DNA of 64,000 bases from the human T2T-CHM13v2.0 reference genome, Homo sapiens. A program made the position numbers and the translations under genes. Below are positions 14,200-29,028 of this stretch, piece after piece (positions within the stretch are counted from its first letter, which is position 1; each line of letters opens with the position of its first letter). The notes beneath the pieces were generated by a model that saw only the letters and a program-made list of their open reading frames with translations, was not told where the DNA came from and did no database searches. Where the stretch lies: assembly GCF_009914755.1 (NCBI RefSeq), contig NC_060927.1; one strand, 5' to 3'.

Positions 14200-15949
14200 T
14201 GAGGAGGATTCAAGTGAGGAGAGGGCAGTAAGACATGAACATGAATAGCATGAGCAAAAGCAAAAAAGAATGAAATGCTTCCATAGTAGTCAAACTGGTA
14301 GAATATCATATTCATTTTGTCTTTCCCATTTCATGAGTAATCAGGATATTGAAAGATTTGAAATGAGATCCTTCTGAAAAAGCAAAGGGTTCCAGAAATA
14401 TGACTGAAAACTTAGTAACTGTCTAAAATTATTTTGCTCTGTGATCAAAATAATTATGAGCAACCATTCTTTTAGAGGAAAGAACCAGGATAATGGGTAT
14501 AAGATATTTAGAATCTGATGAAGACATTTGATGAAACAATTAGAACCCCTGAAAATAGGAGGAATCCTTTTATGTTGAGTCTTGGTCATTTACTTTTATA
14601 GGGGTGTATGGAGGCACTATTTTTAGACAAGCAGTTAGCATCCCTCTTCATTATAAGTCTACATGGTAAGTCTACATGTGCTGTGAACTATAGTACATTC
14701 TTGCTATTGGGGAATAAGAAAAATACCTATAGTACAGGTTTTTTATTGTGCTCTATGGCATTGGGTTTATAGAATCATAGGACTTCAGAACCAGAGAGAT
14801 AAGAGTAAGATATCAAATATTTATTGAGTACAATTGTGTGCTACATACTGTGCTAATCTCTTTATATATATTTAAATTTCACAATTACCTGAAATAATAG
14901 GTACACTTATCTCTATTTTATGAATGAGAAAATTGAAGATTAGAGAGGTTGGGAAATATACCCAAGGTCATGCAGCTAAGAAGTGGTGGAGATGGAATCA
15001 TTAGAAAATCTGATTATATGCCTTAAAGATGATGTGATCCAGAGGTTCCTATCCTGGGCCCTCCAGGCATCTAGTAATCTAGTTAAGTTCCAACCCTGTC
15101 TCATTCTACTGTACCACCACCAGAGAGCTGTACATGTGGTATACCATAAAAATGATGTTTAAAGGGGGGTTTACTGCATTTAGTATTTTGGTGTTTTTTT
15201 TTAAACTTCAGCAACTGCTTAATGACTGAGATGTGATTATAATACATGAGAACTGTCAGACTTTTGAAGTTTTTCTGATGCAGTAAAAAGGAGTAGATAA
15301 AAAGTGAAATGGATTGTTCTTTGCTGCAAGCGGAGTTTTGTTTGTAAAATGTAGAAAGAGTTAAAATGAGATGGTAAGAATGAATGAGGAGAAATGCATT
15401 TCAGTTTTTTTCTGGGTTAAATAAGTAAATGTCTCTACTGTTTTCCAATTTGAATAGATGTTTTTCCCCCTTTGGAGGATGGGGGATTCCGTTACTTAGA
15501 GAGACTACCACCACTATTGCTATCACTAATAACAATCATTTGATTAGTGCTTTACATTTTACAAAGTACTTTCACTATGCTGTAGCCCGTAGACAATTAA
15601 TCTTCCCATATCTTGCATTCCCATAGTCCTTTGCACATACCCTGCATTGTACTGAATCCCTTTGCCCCTACAATCTCCACCTCAGTGCTCATGGCGAACT
15701 GATTTGTGTGCCCTGTGGAGTGGGAGTACTGCAACATTGAGTAGTGGGGGGCTCAGGAATACCTCCCAGAAGCACAGGAGAGTACTATATAGAATTTGAA
15801 TCTGGCGGAGTTAAGAAGAAAAAAGTTAAAATCAGTTATGCTTTTAAAAAATGAGGCTTGAATTTACAGCATAGTGTAGTGGGTGAGAAGCATGGGATTT
15901 GGAGTCAGCAGAACTGAATTTGAATAACTTGCTTCTTTCATTTACCAGA

Positions 15950-17650
15950 CATTTATTCATTCTCAAAGGAACCCATATTTCTCCTTTATAGTACTTACTA
16001 CAACTCTAACTAAATATTTGTTTAATGATTATACTTTCTACTAGGATATAAGTTTAATTAGGAAAGAGACTGTCAGTATTGTTCAGTTTTATTCTCTGTA
16101 CCTAGTACAGCTACTAGTGTGGTTTAGTTGTTCAGTCAACATTTGTTGACTGAATAAAATGAATGAATGTCTGGTAAATTGGGTGGGTGAAACTGACCAA
16201 ATCTGAGGAGTTGGGAAAGGTTTTGGTGAGTATATTACATTTAAAATGAGACCTGAAGGATGAATAGGAGTTGGCTAGGTAAATAAGGAGAGCAACATCC
16301 TGGGAGAAAGAACATGAAGCTTGTGAAAGGGAAAGAGCATAGTTAGTTTAAAGAAAGACATTTCTTTGTGACTGGAATGTAGAGAGGGGGAGAATGTGTG
16401 AGATGAGGCTAGAGTAAACAGAGGTTCATGCAGAGGCTTATAGGCTTTGCTAAGGATTTTGCACTTTATTCTCCTACTGTAGAAATAGGAAGCTATCTAA
16501 CAGTTTTGATGGAAGAGAGCCATGATTAGATGTTCCTTTTGATATTTTGAAATGACTGCTCTGGCTGCCATCTAGTGGAGACTGGATTGGAGGAAGGGAA
16601 GAGTGGATGTTCGGAAATTATTAAAAGGCTATTGCAAAAAACTAGGTGAGAGAAGATGGTGGCCTGGACAAAAGTAGCAAACGTGGAGATGAAGAGAGTT
16701 GGAATAATATAAGAAATATTTAATAGATCATCAAGACTTGATGATTGATTAGATAAGAAATGAAGGAGAGGTCAAAGTATGACGACTAGGTTTCTGACTG
16801 CACAGCTGGGTGGATGGAGGTTGCCATTTACTGATACGAGGAACATTGAAGGAACCTGAAGGACAGATTTTAGGGGGAGATGATGAATGTTGTTTTAGAT
16901 ATGTTGTAATTGAAGTGCCAATGAGACAATAAAGAGAATGATTATGGGAAGTTGGGTGTATGGGTTTGAACTTCAGGAAAACATATTGTACTCCATGACT
17001 GTTCCATATCAAGATGGAAAGCACTACCTTGTTTTTTTCATGACTGAATGGTATTTCATTGTATATATTAATGTTCCAATTATGTGCCATAATTAAGGGA
17101 AAGGCAAATTGTATGGAAAGAGAAGAATACTTAATAGTGTGAGTTTCCTTTAAGAGGAGGAGGAAATGAGATCTGGCTCACAGGTGTTTTTGGTCTTAGA
17201 TAAGAGGAGAGACACCTGATCTATTATTTTAACAGAAGGGATGGAGGAGAATATGGGTGAAGATACAGAAGGGTGTGTAGATTGGATGGTGGGAAGTTGA
17301 GGATGTATCCATCTGGTGGCTTCTATTTTCTCTGTTAAGTAGGAGGCTAGGTCATCTACTGAGAAGAAGGAAGGATGATGGAAGGGGTACTATTTGAAGG
17401 AAATGAATAAGATTTTAAATCATCATATTTTGACCAGACAAACTCATGATTTAGTGAGAGTTGAAGGCCTTGTTGAGGTGACAATCTGTTCTGTTGTGTT
17501 ATTTCTTTCTGGCATTCTTCAGCAGCTTGGGGACACAGAAAGTGGATACTTGAGCTCATTAAGGGTTTTTGAGGTTTTTGTCAGATGGAGACGATGAAAG
17601 GGAAAGGAAGTTTAAGTTATTGAAATACTAGATCATGGCATCTAAGTTGG
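15950..17650. mobile_element. L2 relics: a plus-strand 3' end (~15950-16170) and a longer minus-strand fragment
   Basis: AATGAATGAATG tail; typical L2 antisense motifs (GAGACCTGAAGGATGAATAGGAGTT, GGTTGCCATTTACTGA). Confidence 0.65.
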
Positions 17651-18149
17651 ATAGAGAGGCGAGTGATGGATTGGGGACAGTGATTCTCAAACTTTAGTAT
17701 ATATTAACATTATCTGAAGGGTTTGTTAAAACAGAGATCACTTCCATTTGTAAAACAGGAAGCAGTGTTCTGATGCTTTTCTCATTAGTTGTTGGAGTTG
17801 TAAGGTGGCAGCATGTGATGTTCTGTTTAATTTGAAGAAAGCATTTAACCTGTTTTTTGCTGTAAACCATTCAGATTTAAGATGGTTCAATAAATCAGCA
17901 GTTAACTCTGGGTATGAGAGTACTTTGGTTTCCTTGGTACCTGATTGTGAGACCCTCTACAAGTTACGTACGTTGTGTATTCCAACCTTTTACTTCTGAC
18001 TTACAGATAAAATGCCCATTGTTTGTTTCTAGGGTTTTGAGCATTTTCTGTAACCCTAAGTGAAAGATTTAGCCTTTTTATGCCTTTTTAAGATGAGACA
18101 ATTCGTGTTTGCTACATTTTACTTTCCCAAGGGCTTATTATGAGATTTT

Positions 18150-18449
18150 GTTTTATTATTTTTTGAGACAGGGTCTTGCTCTATCACCCAGGCTGGAGTG
18201 CAGTGGTATGATCACGGCTCACTGCAGCCATCGGACTCAAGCGATCCTCCCACCTCAGCCTCCCGAGTAGCTGGGACGACGGGTGTGCACCACCATGCCC
18301 AGCTAATTTTTGTATTTTTTGTAGAGACAGGGTTTTGCCATGTTGGCCAGGCTGGTCTTGAACTCGTGAGCTCAAGTGATCCACCTGCTTTGGCCTCCCA
18401 AAGGCCTCCTGGAGTGGTGGGATTCTAGGGGTGACCCACTGTGCCAGGC
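18150..18449 (-). mobile_element. AluJ-like element
   Basis: Full Alu body; TSD TGAGATTTT (18141-18149 and 18450-18458). Confidence 0.88.
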
Positions 18450-19207
18450 TGAGATTTTATTTTAACTACAAAATTCTTTTAAGACTGTTTGCCATATAAA
18501 AAGTCTACATTTTAATTGTAGAACCCAGTGATTTATTGTAAAGATGATGATGATAGCTAACATTCATTGAACGCTTATTGTGTGCCAGGTATTGTGATAG
18601 GTAGATAGTGGATAAGACAATCTAAGGAGTGCCTACTTAGTTAAGTGTTTTAATATAGTATCTCATTTCATCCTCTCAGCAGTTTTATGAGGGTATATAC
18701 TATATTTCCCCCACTTAAAAAGTATGTGAATTGAGGCACAGGAAAGATAATATGCCCAAGTCATGCAGCAGTAAATGGTAGCTCGGGTTCAAATCTAAGT
18801 TTGTCCAATTCTGGACCCCTGCTGATAATCACTGTACTGGAATTGCAGCAGTCGGTAGTGACTATTTTATTCATTATATCGTTGGTTTATGGATTTTACA
18901 ATCACTTGCAGACCTAAACCGTGGGAACCTATATGTCAGTCTTTTCAGTTCTGTGTAAGATGAGATTGTCAGAGTTTTGTGAATATGTAGGTGAGATGTG
19001 AAATTAGAAGCCCTTGAAGTTTGGGAATGTACATGGACCCTTCTTTCTCATTCATTGAGCACATGCTTATCGAACACTTAGGGTATGTCAGGCCATTGTG
19101 CTATGTGTAGTAAGATAGTCTGAATGCTTACTAGTTTAGCATAACTTTGGGAAAGTTAACATTGGGCCCAAAAGAGCAGCTGAGAGGAGTTGTAGGAAGA
19201 ACATTAG

Positions 19208-19521
19208 AGCCCTGGCTCGGTGGCTCATGCCCATAATCCTAGCACTTTGGGAGGCTGAGGCAGGTGGATCACCTGAGGTCAGGAGTTCAAGACCAGCCTG
19301 GTCAACATGGTGAAACTCGTCTCTACTAAAAATACAAAAATTAGCCTGGTGTGGTGACAAGTGCCTGTAATCCCAGCCACCTGGGAGGGCTGAGGCAGGA
19401 GAATCACTGGAACCCGGGAGGCGGAGGCTGCAGTGAGCCAACATTGTGCCACTGCATTGCAGCCAGGGTGACAGAGTGAGACTCCGTCTCAAAAAAAAAA
19501 AAATAATAAAAAATAAAAAAA
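19208..19521 (+). mobile_element. AluS element
   Basis: Full dimer with A-rich tail. Confidence 0.92.
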
Positions 19522-19896
19522 CTGAAAGATGAGGGAACTGAGTACTAGTTTAGTATCAGAGTGCTATAGATGGCTTGGGAGTTATATAGGAAATGATACA
19601 GTAAGTTCCTATAAAGTGACTGGTACATGTTGAATGAAAAACAGGGTTTGGAACTCATTTTGTTTTGCAGTCTTGTGATGTTTTCTGCTATGACATTCTT
19701 CTCTTTTATTCATTTATATATCCACTGGACGATACATTATGTTTGTGCCACATCTGCCTGGGTGGTTGACAGATTTGGAAACATGGCTTATATTTAGAAG
19801 AGTGGAAAAGCAGAAACTTTCCAGAGATAAAATCAGTACCTTGGAGAGCTCTAAGCAGGCACCAGAACTGTGCAACACAAAGCAATCTCGACAGTT

Positions 19897-20172
19897 TTTG
19901 TTTGTTTTCTTTTTGTTTTGTTTGTTTTTGTTTTTGAGGGGGCTCACTGCAACCTCCACCTCCAGGATTCAAGCGATTCTCCTGCCCCAGCGTCCCAAGT
20001 AGCTGGGATTACAGGCACCTGCCACCACGCCCGGCTAATTTTTTGTATTTTTAGTAAAGACAGGGTTTCACTATGTTGGTCAGGCTGGTCTCGAACTCAT
20101 GACCTCAGGCGATTCACCCGCCTCGGCCTCCCAAAGTGCTGGGATTACAGGCATGAGCCACTGAACCCAGCC
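19897..20172 (-). mobile_element. AluS element with an internal deletion near its 3' end
   Basis: TSD TCGACAGTT (19888-19896 and 20173-20181); ~45 nt of the right arm missing at ~19939. Confidence 0.88.
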
Positions 20173-20312
20173 TCGACAGTTCTTAGACTGTTAATGGTTA
20201 TAATTCTCTGCAAGATTCTTGAAATGTTAGAGTTTATTAGAGTAAATCCGTAAGTTACACCTTTCATTTAATGTTGATTCTTTGACCCAGGAATGGCTCC
20301 AGTTTGGAATGA

Positions 20313-20616
<304 letters not shown>

Positions 20617-20679
20617 TGGAGTGATTTTTTAGGTTTGTAGACTTGTAAAGATCTTTGGAATAATCTCATCTTTCTTCTC

Positions 20680-21012
<333 letters not shown>

Positions 21013-23118
21013 TCTTTTTTTTATTTCTATATAGATAAAACAGAGACCCAAAAATAGAATAGCAAAAGGATTAATGTCTTGTTGACAGAAAGTCATTAGA
21101 AAATTCTGGATAAGAATCCTAGTCTTTTGACTTCCAGACAGATGCTTAGTATGTAACAATGGACCTATTATGAGGATAAAATAATAAGTTCTACACAATG
21201 TTTTTATCAAAAAATTATAGCTTTCTAAACAGGATTTTAAGATGACCTTATAAAACTGTGGCAAGGGGAAATGTGTCAATTTCTTCAAGTTCCCTGGTGG
21301 CTTTTTTTTTTGAAATGTAAAGCAGAGAGTATTTTGCTTAGATATGAGCTGCTACATTGTTCTACATCTCTGGCAGAGGCACAGAGCTACTGCTGGTCTT
21401 CTAGTTTTGTCCTCCAGAGCTACTGCTGGTCTTCTAGTTTTGGGTCGTAGTGGTCTGTTTCTCAAATTGCTGCTGCCCCAGTGCTGCCCCTGAAGTTTTT
21501 ATTTCTTTTAGTACATATGAATCCTCAAATGTAAGAACTGAAAGGTCTTAGAGATCCTATAGTCTGCCGCCTTCATTTTATGATTTTCTTTTAGTTCTGT
21601 GCTAATCTCTAAACTTCAAGTAGATCTCAGGTCTCTGAAACTGAACATGCAGGCTTATTTCTGGATCAGCCCACTTGGAAATAGCTTATCAGAGATCTTC
21701 TCTGGACCAGAGGAAATATTCCTTAAATGGGTCAGTTGTCAAGAATGTTCTTTGGAACACATTGTATAACAACATCTGCTTCAAGGCCTTGTGTATGCCT
21801 GAGGTGTTAGGATCTCATTCCTTCATATGGAAGGTTTCTCAGGAATTTATTCAGCTTCTCCAAGAAGGAAGCTTTTCAGAGGTTAGAAATCTTACTAAAT
21901 TCACCGTGTATTTCCCATGTGGGCTGTTGCCTCTTAGTTGGCTCCCTGCTGGTTTTCTTTTTCATTCAGTTTATTTTGTATTTTTTAATGATAATAATTA
22001 TTCACCTTTGACAAATGTTTTGGTTTTAGAGCATTTTTGACACATCTTTCTTTAGCCCTAGCAGCAATCATATGGGATCGATATTCACATTTTAGTATTT
22101 ATATTCAGGAAACATTTATTGAATGCTAGCTACATGCTAGGCGTTGTGCTAGACTGTATGCTATATATCATTTTAAAAGTCTCACAGTATCTGTAAAGTA
22201 TTATTCAGATTTTGCAGAAGAGAAACTAGAATTTTAAAGAGGTTAAGTAAGTAACCTCTGTTCTATTCATTTCTTTTTTTCTTCTTTTTTTTTTTGCACC
22301 TACTGCCTGATAGGAGCTGTGCTTAGCACTTAGGAGAGACATGTTTGCTGTTCTCCAGAATTAATGCAGTGCCTGAGGAACTCAAGATTTATAAAGTTAC
22401 ATTAGAATTTAATCAACTGTTAAGACTTAATTGTTGGCTATACTTTCAAGAAAAAAATTAAATTGACTGTTAGAATTGGGCAAGAAGAATCAAAATTTGT
22501 GTGGACCAGGGAAATAAATACAAATTTATGGAGAAGGAATAGAACCTAAATTGAAGAATGTGGCACCATTGTAGATCCCTGATCTCTGGATAACATGATA
22601 AAGAGTTAGGTTAGGAGTGTTAAGGTATCTGGATGGATTGGTAGGAGGAGAGACTAGAGGCGAGAAAACAAGTCAGGAGGTTGTTGTAATCAAGATTACC
22701 CATAGGAGCCAGCCTTGGTCATGTCTCCTTTCTTTCCAGAAAGAGAAAAACAGTTTTTTTTAGGCCAAAGCATCATAACATTCTTGAAACTCTTAGCATT
22801 GCCCTTGCAGTTTAGCTGTCAGAGAAATGCTAAGTTAGGAGATTTGAACTCACATCCTACTTATCTTCCTTTGACCCAAACATGCTACTTTGAGCTTGCT
22901 GCTGGTTCCCATATCTCTTCTGAAGATGACCTTTTTGTTTTTTGACATAATTTCCATACATGTTGTTTCATTTTACCTTTACAACAACCCTACAGCAAAA
23001 GGCATGGTAGATATTATTCCCATTTGATAAATGAAGAAACTGAAACAAAGGTAAATTAACTCATCCAAGATCATACATTGAATTACTTTAGAGCTGGAAA
23101 TAAGATTCTGATTGATCC

Positions 23119-23491
<373 letters not shown>

Positions 23492-23897
23492 TTAGGTCTC
23501 ACAGCCCCCCTCTACACTCCATCTATCAAACATAATTATTCTGTAATTTGTATTTATATCAGTGTTTACATTATTCTCATATATGTTTCTTTCTGCAGAG
23601 CTAGGTGGCATACTTACTATGATTACAATGTTTACCATACAGGACTTTTCCCCCCTAGAGTTAATAGTATTCTCATGTTTTTTACATGAAAATTTTTATA
23701 ACTCTCAAATTGAGAATAATTTTTGTAAACCTCAATTAAAATTTTTGTATGCCTCAAGTAATTAACTTAAAATAAGTTAAATTAAAAAATTAAGTTTTTT
23801 GTAAACCTCGAATAATTAAAAATATAATTAAAATGATAAGTTTTGCAAACCTCAATTAAAAATTTTCATATTATTTTATCAGAATCCATCATATACC

Positions 23898-24510
23898 TGT
23901 GACTTGGTCCATGTTCCTTAGATAACAGAGCTTGAGGCAAACATTAAATGCGAATCCTTTACTGGGAGGTGCAATCCCAGGGCAGCAAGAATGATAGTAG
24001 GGGGAGTGAGGCAGGAAGGACAGGAAGCAAATGCAAGGTAATGCCTTATCACACTTGCCGCTGCTTTACAACAGGCAGTGAAGAGATAACAACTGGTCAT
24101 TTGGCAGGTACACCAGTCTGCCCACTCAGGACATTTCCATGTGGGCTATCCTGAAAACTGTTAGAGTAGTCCATGAGAAAGAGGGAAAGGGGCTCTATCT
24201 GTTGATTCCCCCTTATGTTCTGTCTCCCACTGGTTAAAAATTGCCCATGAAGAATAACCCTCCTCCCCATGCTTCCTGGTTGCATCATCAGATTTGTCCT
24301 TTGCAATTTTGGGGGAAGCAAGATCCTACATAGTGGCACTTCATCTGAATCTGGGAGTTGTAGGAGGAGCCAGAGACTTGGGGTGTATAGCCGGTTGACA
24401 CAGAAGGTTTAACTACATGAGTCCATCTAGAATCACTCTGGTGGCCCCTGAAGGCAGAGTGAGTAAAGCCAAGAGAATCTGGGGAGGAGCAAAAGATTTG
24501 TCTGATTCAA
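23898..24510. mobile_element. Old ERVL-class solo LTR (LTR33/LTR41-like; tentative)
   Basis: Motifs CAGAGCTTGAGGCAAA...TTTACTGGGAGGTGCAATCCCAGGGCAGCA. Confidence 0.5.
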
Positions 24511-24599
24511 CCAATTACTTACATTATCTGAAAAATCTACCAATTCTCCCCTCTCTGATCCCCTGCCCAGAGGTCTCCCTTTGTAACCCTCTATCCTAT

Positions 24600-26465
24600 T
24601 TTAATCTGGACAATTTGGTATCTAGGATTATTGCATCCTGGGACTTTTTTTTTTTTTTTAACACTACTGTCTCCTGGGGAGTAGTTCCAGTTTCTTGGAT
24701 CCCACTTTTTCTTTTTTGCTTAGCTTTACTTCCTCATTCTACAGGAACATCTTTTCCAGGAGTTTTTAAAGAAAGGGTGCCTAAGAGATGAATCTTCTGA
24801 GAAATTAGATATTCAAAAATGAAATTATTAACCCATACATTTGATAGTTTAGTAGAATATAGAATTCTGGGTCAAAAATAATTTTTCTTCAAAATTTAGA
24901 AAAGTACTGCTTTTGTTTTCTAGCATCCTTTATTAGTGTTGATAAATTTAATATTGATTGGTCAAGAAGACAGAAAGTGAACAGTATAGGAGATCTGAAT
25001 GCCAAAATTAAAAAGCTTGATACTTGACCTTTTGGACATATAGATTTTTATATTTAACAATTTAAGAACACACAGTTTCTCAAATATTCATGGAACATTC
25101 ATAAAAATTAATATGAATAAAGCAGAGAACACATCAACACATTTCAAAAAGATATAGAATGATCTTTGACTATAATGAAATTAGAAGTTAATATAAAAAG
25201 ATGAAAATCTTAAAAATTCCCCATGTATTTTGAAAATTTGAAAACACCACTAAATAATTAATGTAAATTAAAAATACCTAGAAGGTAATGACAATGAAAA
25301 CACTACATAACGATATTTAAGAGATGCAGCAAAGGCAGTATTTTGAAGAAAACTTTTATTTTAAATATATTAGACAAGAAAGCTTTAAAAATGAATGAGC
25401 TCCATTTTGTGAAGTTATCAAATGAAGAGAATAAACTTAAAGGAAAAAAGAAATATGAAAAATAATGGATTTCCTTGCATACAGGAAAGATCTGGGATTT
25501 TGTGATTGTGTTGATTCTGTGGTTCAATTTTTGGAGAAATTATATATTTGCAGTTATGAATTTTTAGAACATGAACATGGTATATCCCACCAACTGTTTG
25601 AGGCTTTAAAAACTCTCAAATTATGCTTTGTGGTTTTTAAAGGCAGAAGTCTTTTACATATTTAGTTGCCTTTCTCTCTGGGTATTTGGTGGTTCTTTTG
25701 ATGCTATTATAAATGGTATTACTCTTTGAATTTCATTTTCTATTTATTGGCTGTTGGCACATGGGAATAAAATGAATTTTTGCATAAAAATGATAAAATT
25801 AGAGTATTACCGTTTTGCAACTCCCATTGAATTAATGCATCTAGGTATTGAACATCAACAGCTGTTAATATCACAGAAAGGCAGACTTTATGAGCTCCTG
25901 ATAAAAGGAATCTAACAGGAGTCTGATCAAGCCTCTGCGTCCAGCTGCCAATTTGTGGGAAACACAAAGAATGGAGAAAGACGATCTTCCTGGTGAGAGT
26001 GTAATCAGCAAAACTGCTACTATGGGAAATTCTACATATGGATCAAGATGCTCCAGGCTCTTGAACAGATCAACTCTAAGGAAAATAAAGGGATGCACAG
26101 GGAAACCTGTGGATTAAAAGAGATTTGGAAGACAAAGTTGTGTTTTGTTTTTTTTTTTTTAAATAGGCAACTGTAAACTGTAGTGTTTAAGAATATACAC
26201 TTGAATACAAGCATAAGGAAGTAATTCCATAAAAGTCAAGAGAGTGGTTACCTTTGCGGGGAAGGAGGGGGTCAAGACTGGGACTGGGTATTGAAGTTGC
26301 TCCTGGGGTGGCTGTCAAAATTGGTTTATTAACCTGGATGGTGGATACATGAGTGTTTGCCTTATAACAACTCATTAAACTCATTAAGCAATACTCTTTT
26401 TTTTTAATTTTGATGTGGCTTTCTGTATCTTTGTTTTATTTTACAACATAAAGTTTAAAGAAAAA
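24600..26465. mobile_element. Mosaic of old L1M fragments in both orientations
   Basis: Degenerate ORF2-like and L1MC 3'UTR-like sequence. Confidence 0.5.
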
Positions 26466-26986
26466 AATGTTTTCTGTTGTATGAACAAGAGCAAGAGGAT
26501 TAGTGGGCAGAGAGGAGAAAAGAAGGGCACCTATATATTAAAAATATTTTTGCCTAAGGTATACTAGACTTTGTACTAGAGCATTTCACACCTGTTATCT
26601 TGACATTCAAAATGGATTATTCTTATTTGGCAGAGTCTCAGAAGTTAAATAATTTCCTCATGGTAATGAGTAGGGGGCAGGAGTTCAAGCCCAAATTTGA
26701 TTGATTCCAAAGCAGACTTTCTACTTCCCTCATTTACTGATGTTGGCAAATAGAAGTGTGGGTGGTATACCAATGTCTCTCTAAACCTAGTGTCTATAGT
26801 ATCTAGCCTTCAGTTAGTCACCCTCCTAAAAAGTTGTGTCCTTTGTGTATATTAAAAATTATATGGAAACATGTATATTCTCACCCTCTCAACTAATCTG
26901 TTATATAAAAGACTGGTTATATTACTTGTTCTAACAGAACAAAAATGATAATTCTAAGACAAGATATGAAAATATAGTGACATCTG

Positions 26987-27356
<370 letters not shown>

Positions 27357-27897
27357 CTAGTGAAACATGAACAAAGATATTTGAAATGAGTTTCAAATAT
27401 AGTCCAGCAGCTGAGAAGTCCTAGAACAATCTTAAACATATAAAAATTAGGCTACAGGAAGGGATTTTATTTTCAGTCCTCTTATGTGATATGACTTTAG
27501 CCATGAACATTGTATAAATTTGGATTAGACATGCCTGTAGGATGACTAAGATTCAAACTTATTTCTTTGGTTACAGTTTGATTTTAGAAAGTTGGCTTTA
27601 TATTTTGTAGTTTTGATTTTGATTATTGATTTCTCAGCATTTGATTCAGTCTGATAACTTTGGGCTCTTAATTTATGGATAACTGGTTTCCAATCTCTAT
27701 AGCTTTCTGCTTTTCCACTCCCGTGACATGCTTTTACTGTTACTATGAGACAATCAGGGAAGATTTTATGAAAAAATATAGTGGAAATACTTAAAAATAA
27801 ACATGTAAGTAGAATTGGTTCTATAATTTTAGAAGAACATTAAAACTGAAACATATAAACATACTCGAAACATAGTCTTTATTTTGATCCTTTTAGA

Positions 27898-28030
27898 GCA
27901 TAGTATTTCATCGTGTGGTCCTCTATCTGCATCAAAATCACCTGGGATGCCTACTTTAAAAATATATTCTGTGGTCCCATTCCCCAACCCTTCTCCATCA
28001 GAATCTACATTTTTTAACAAATGCACATAC
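27898..28030. mobile_element. MER5A-like DNA transposon fragment (another fragment at ~17680-17740)
   Basis: ATCAAAATCACCTGGG...ATCAGAATCTACATTTTTTAACAA motifs. Confidence 0.6.
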
Positions 28031-29028
28031 CTAGAATTTGATCCCTGTCCTTTTCAAATGTCCATATTTATTTCTTCACTTTAAGTTTCTTACCTACAAT
28101 GTCTATAAGGACACTGTAGATAAGTAGGCCATCTGGAGGTTGATTTGGTAGACCATTTGCATGTTTTTGAAACAATAGATTTCTGATGTAAGTTGATTAT
28201 CTTAACAGTTTAGCATAAATATGTTTTCTTTCCCACAAATTAATGATCCCTTTAATGACGGTAGATGATTTCTGAATGATTCCCAGCTGTATTGTTAAAG
28301 ACATTAAATTAAGATATGCTATTATGCTGTGTGTATATATAGGACTACTAAAGGAATCAGAACTCAGAATTTTTTTTAGAATGAGTTATTCCAGTCATTA
28401 ACCTTTGTATGTTTGTGTGATATAAGACAACAGTAATTTACTTCTTTTCCTGACAAATGATTATTCTATCTCTGAAGCAAACTGTTCCTTCCAGTGCTGG
28501 ACAATTTGCCTCAATTATTTCCACTTACTCTAGTATCAGCTCTTCTGATAATAATTAAGCACTAGCATGTCTAAGTGGACCCAGTGAATAAATCAAGATA
28601 AAATCACTGGGGAAGGGGAATATGAAAGCAGTGCTGGAACAGGGGGAGAGGGATGGGCAGAGAAAAACCCAGAAAGGGAGCATGGGTACTAGAGATGTAT
28701 TTGATATTTTGCTTTTCCTGACCTAGTCAAAAGATTCTGTTAGAGTGTCATATCAGTGCTGAGAATGGCTTCTAAAAGCAGCAGTTACCTTTATCATTCC
28801 CTCTTTCCTCATCTCCTGAGAGTCCCTTCTCATTACAGTTTAATGCTGGTTCCAGCTGTTTTCTCTTATAAACCCAACTTCTAGGGATAGCACTTGAGTC
28901 CCACATTCCCACCAGTTTGGATGAGAGAGTTTTAGTATTTGACCAAGAGCTGGATTCCACCACTGAAGTGTATCTAAATCTACCTGTCTGGTTATATGCA
29001 TCCAAGTCATGTGTTGCCAAAGTAGTTC

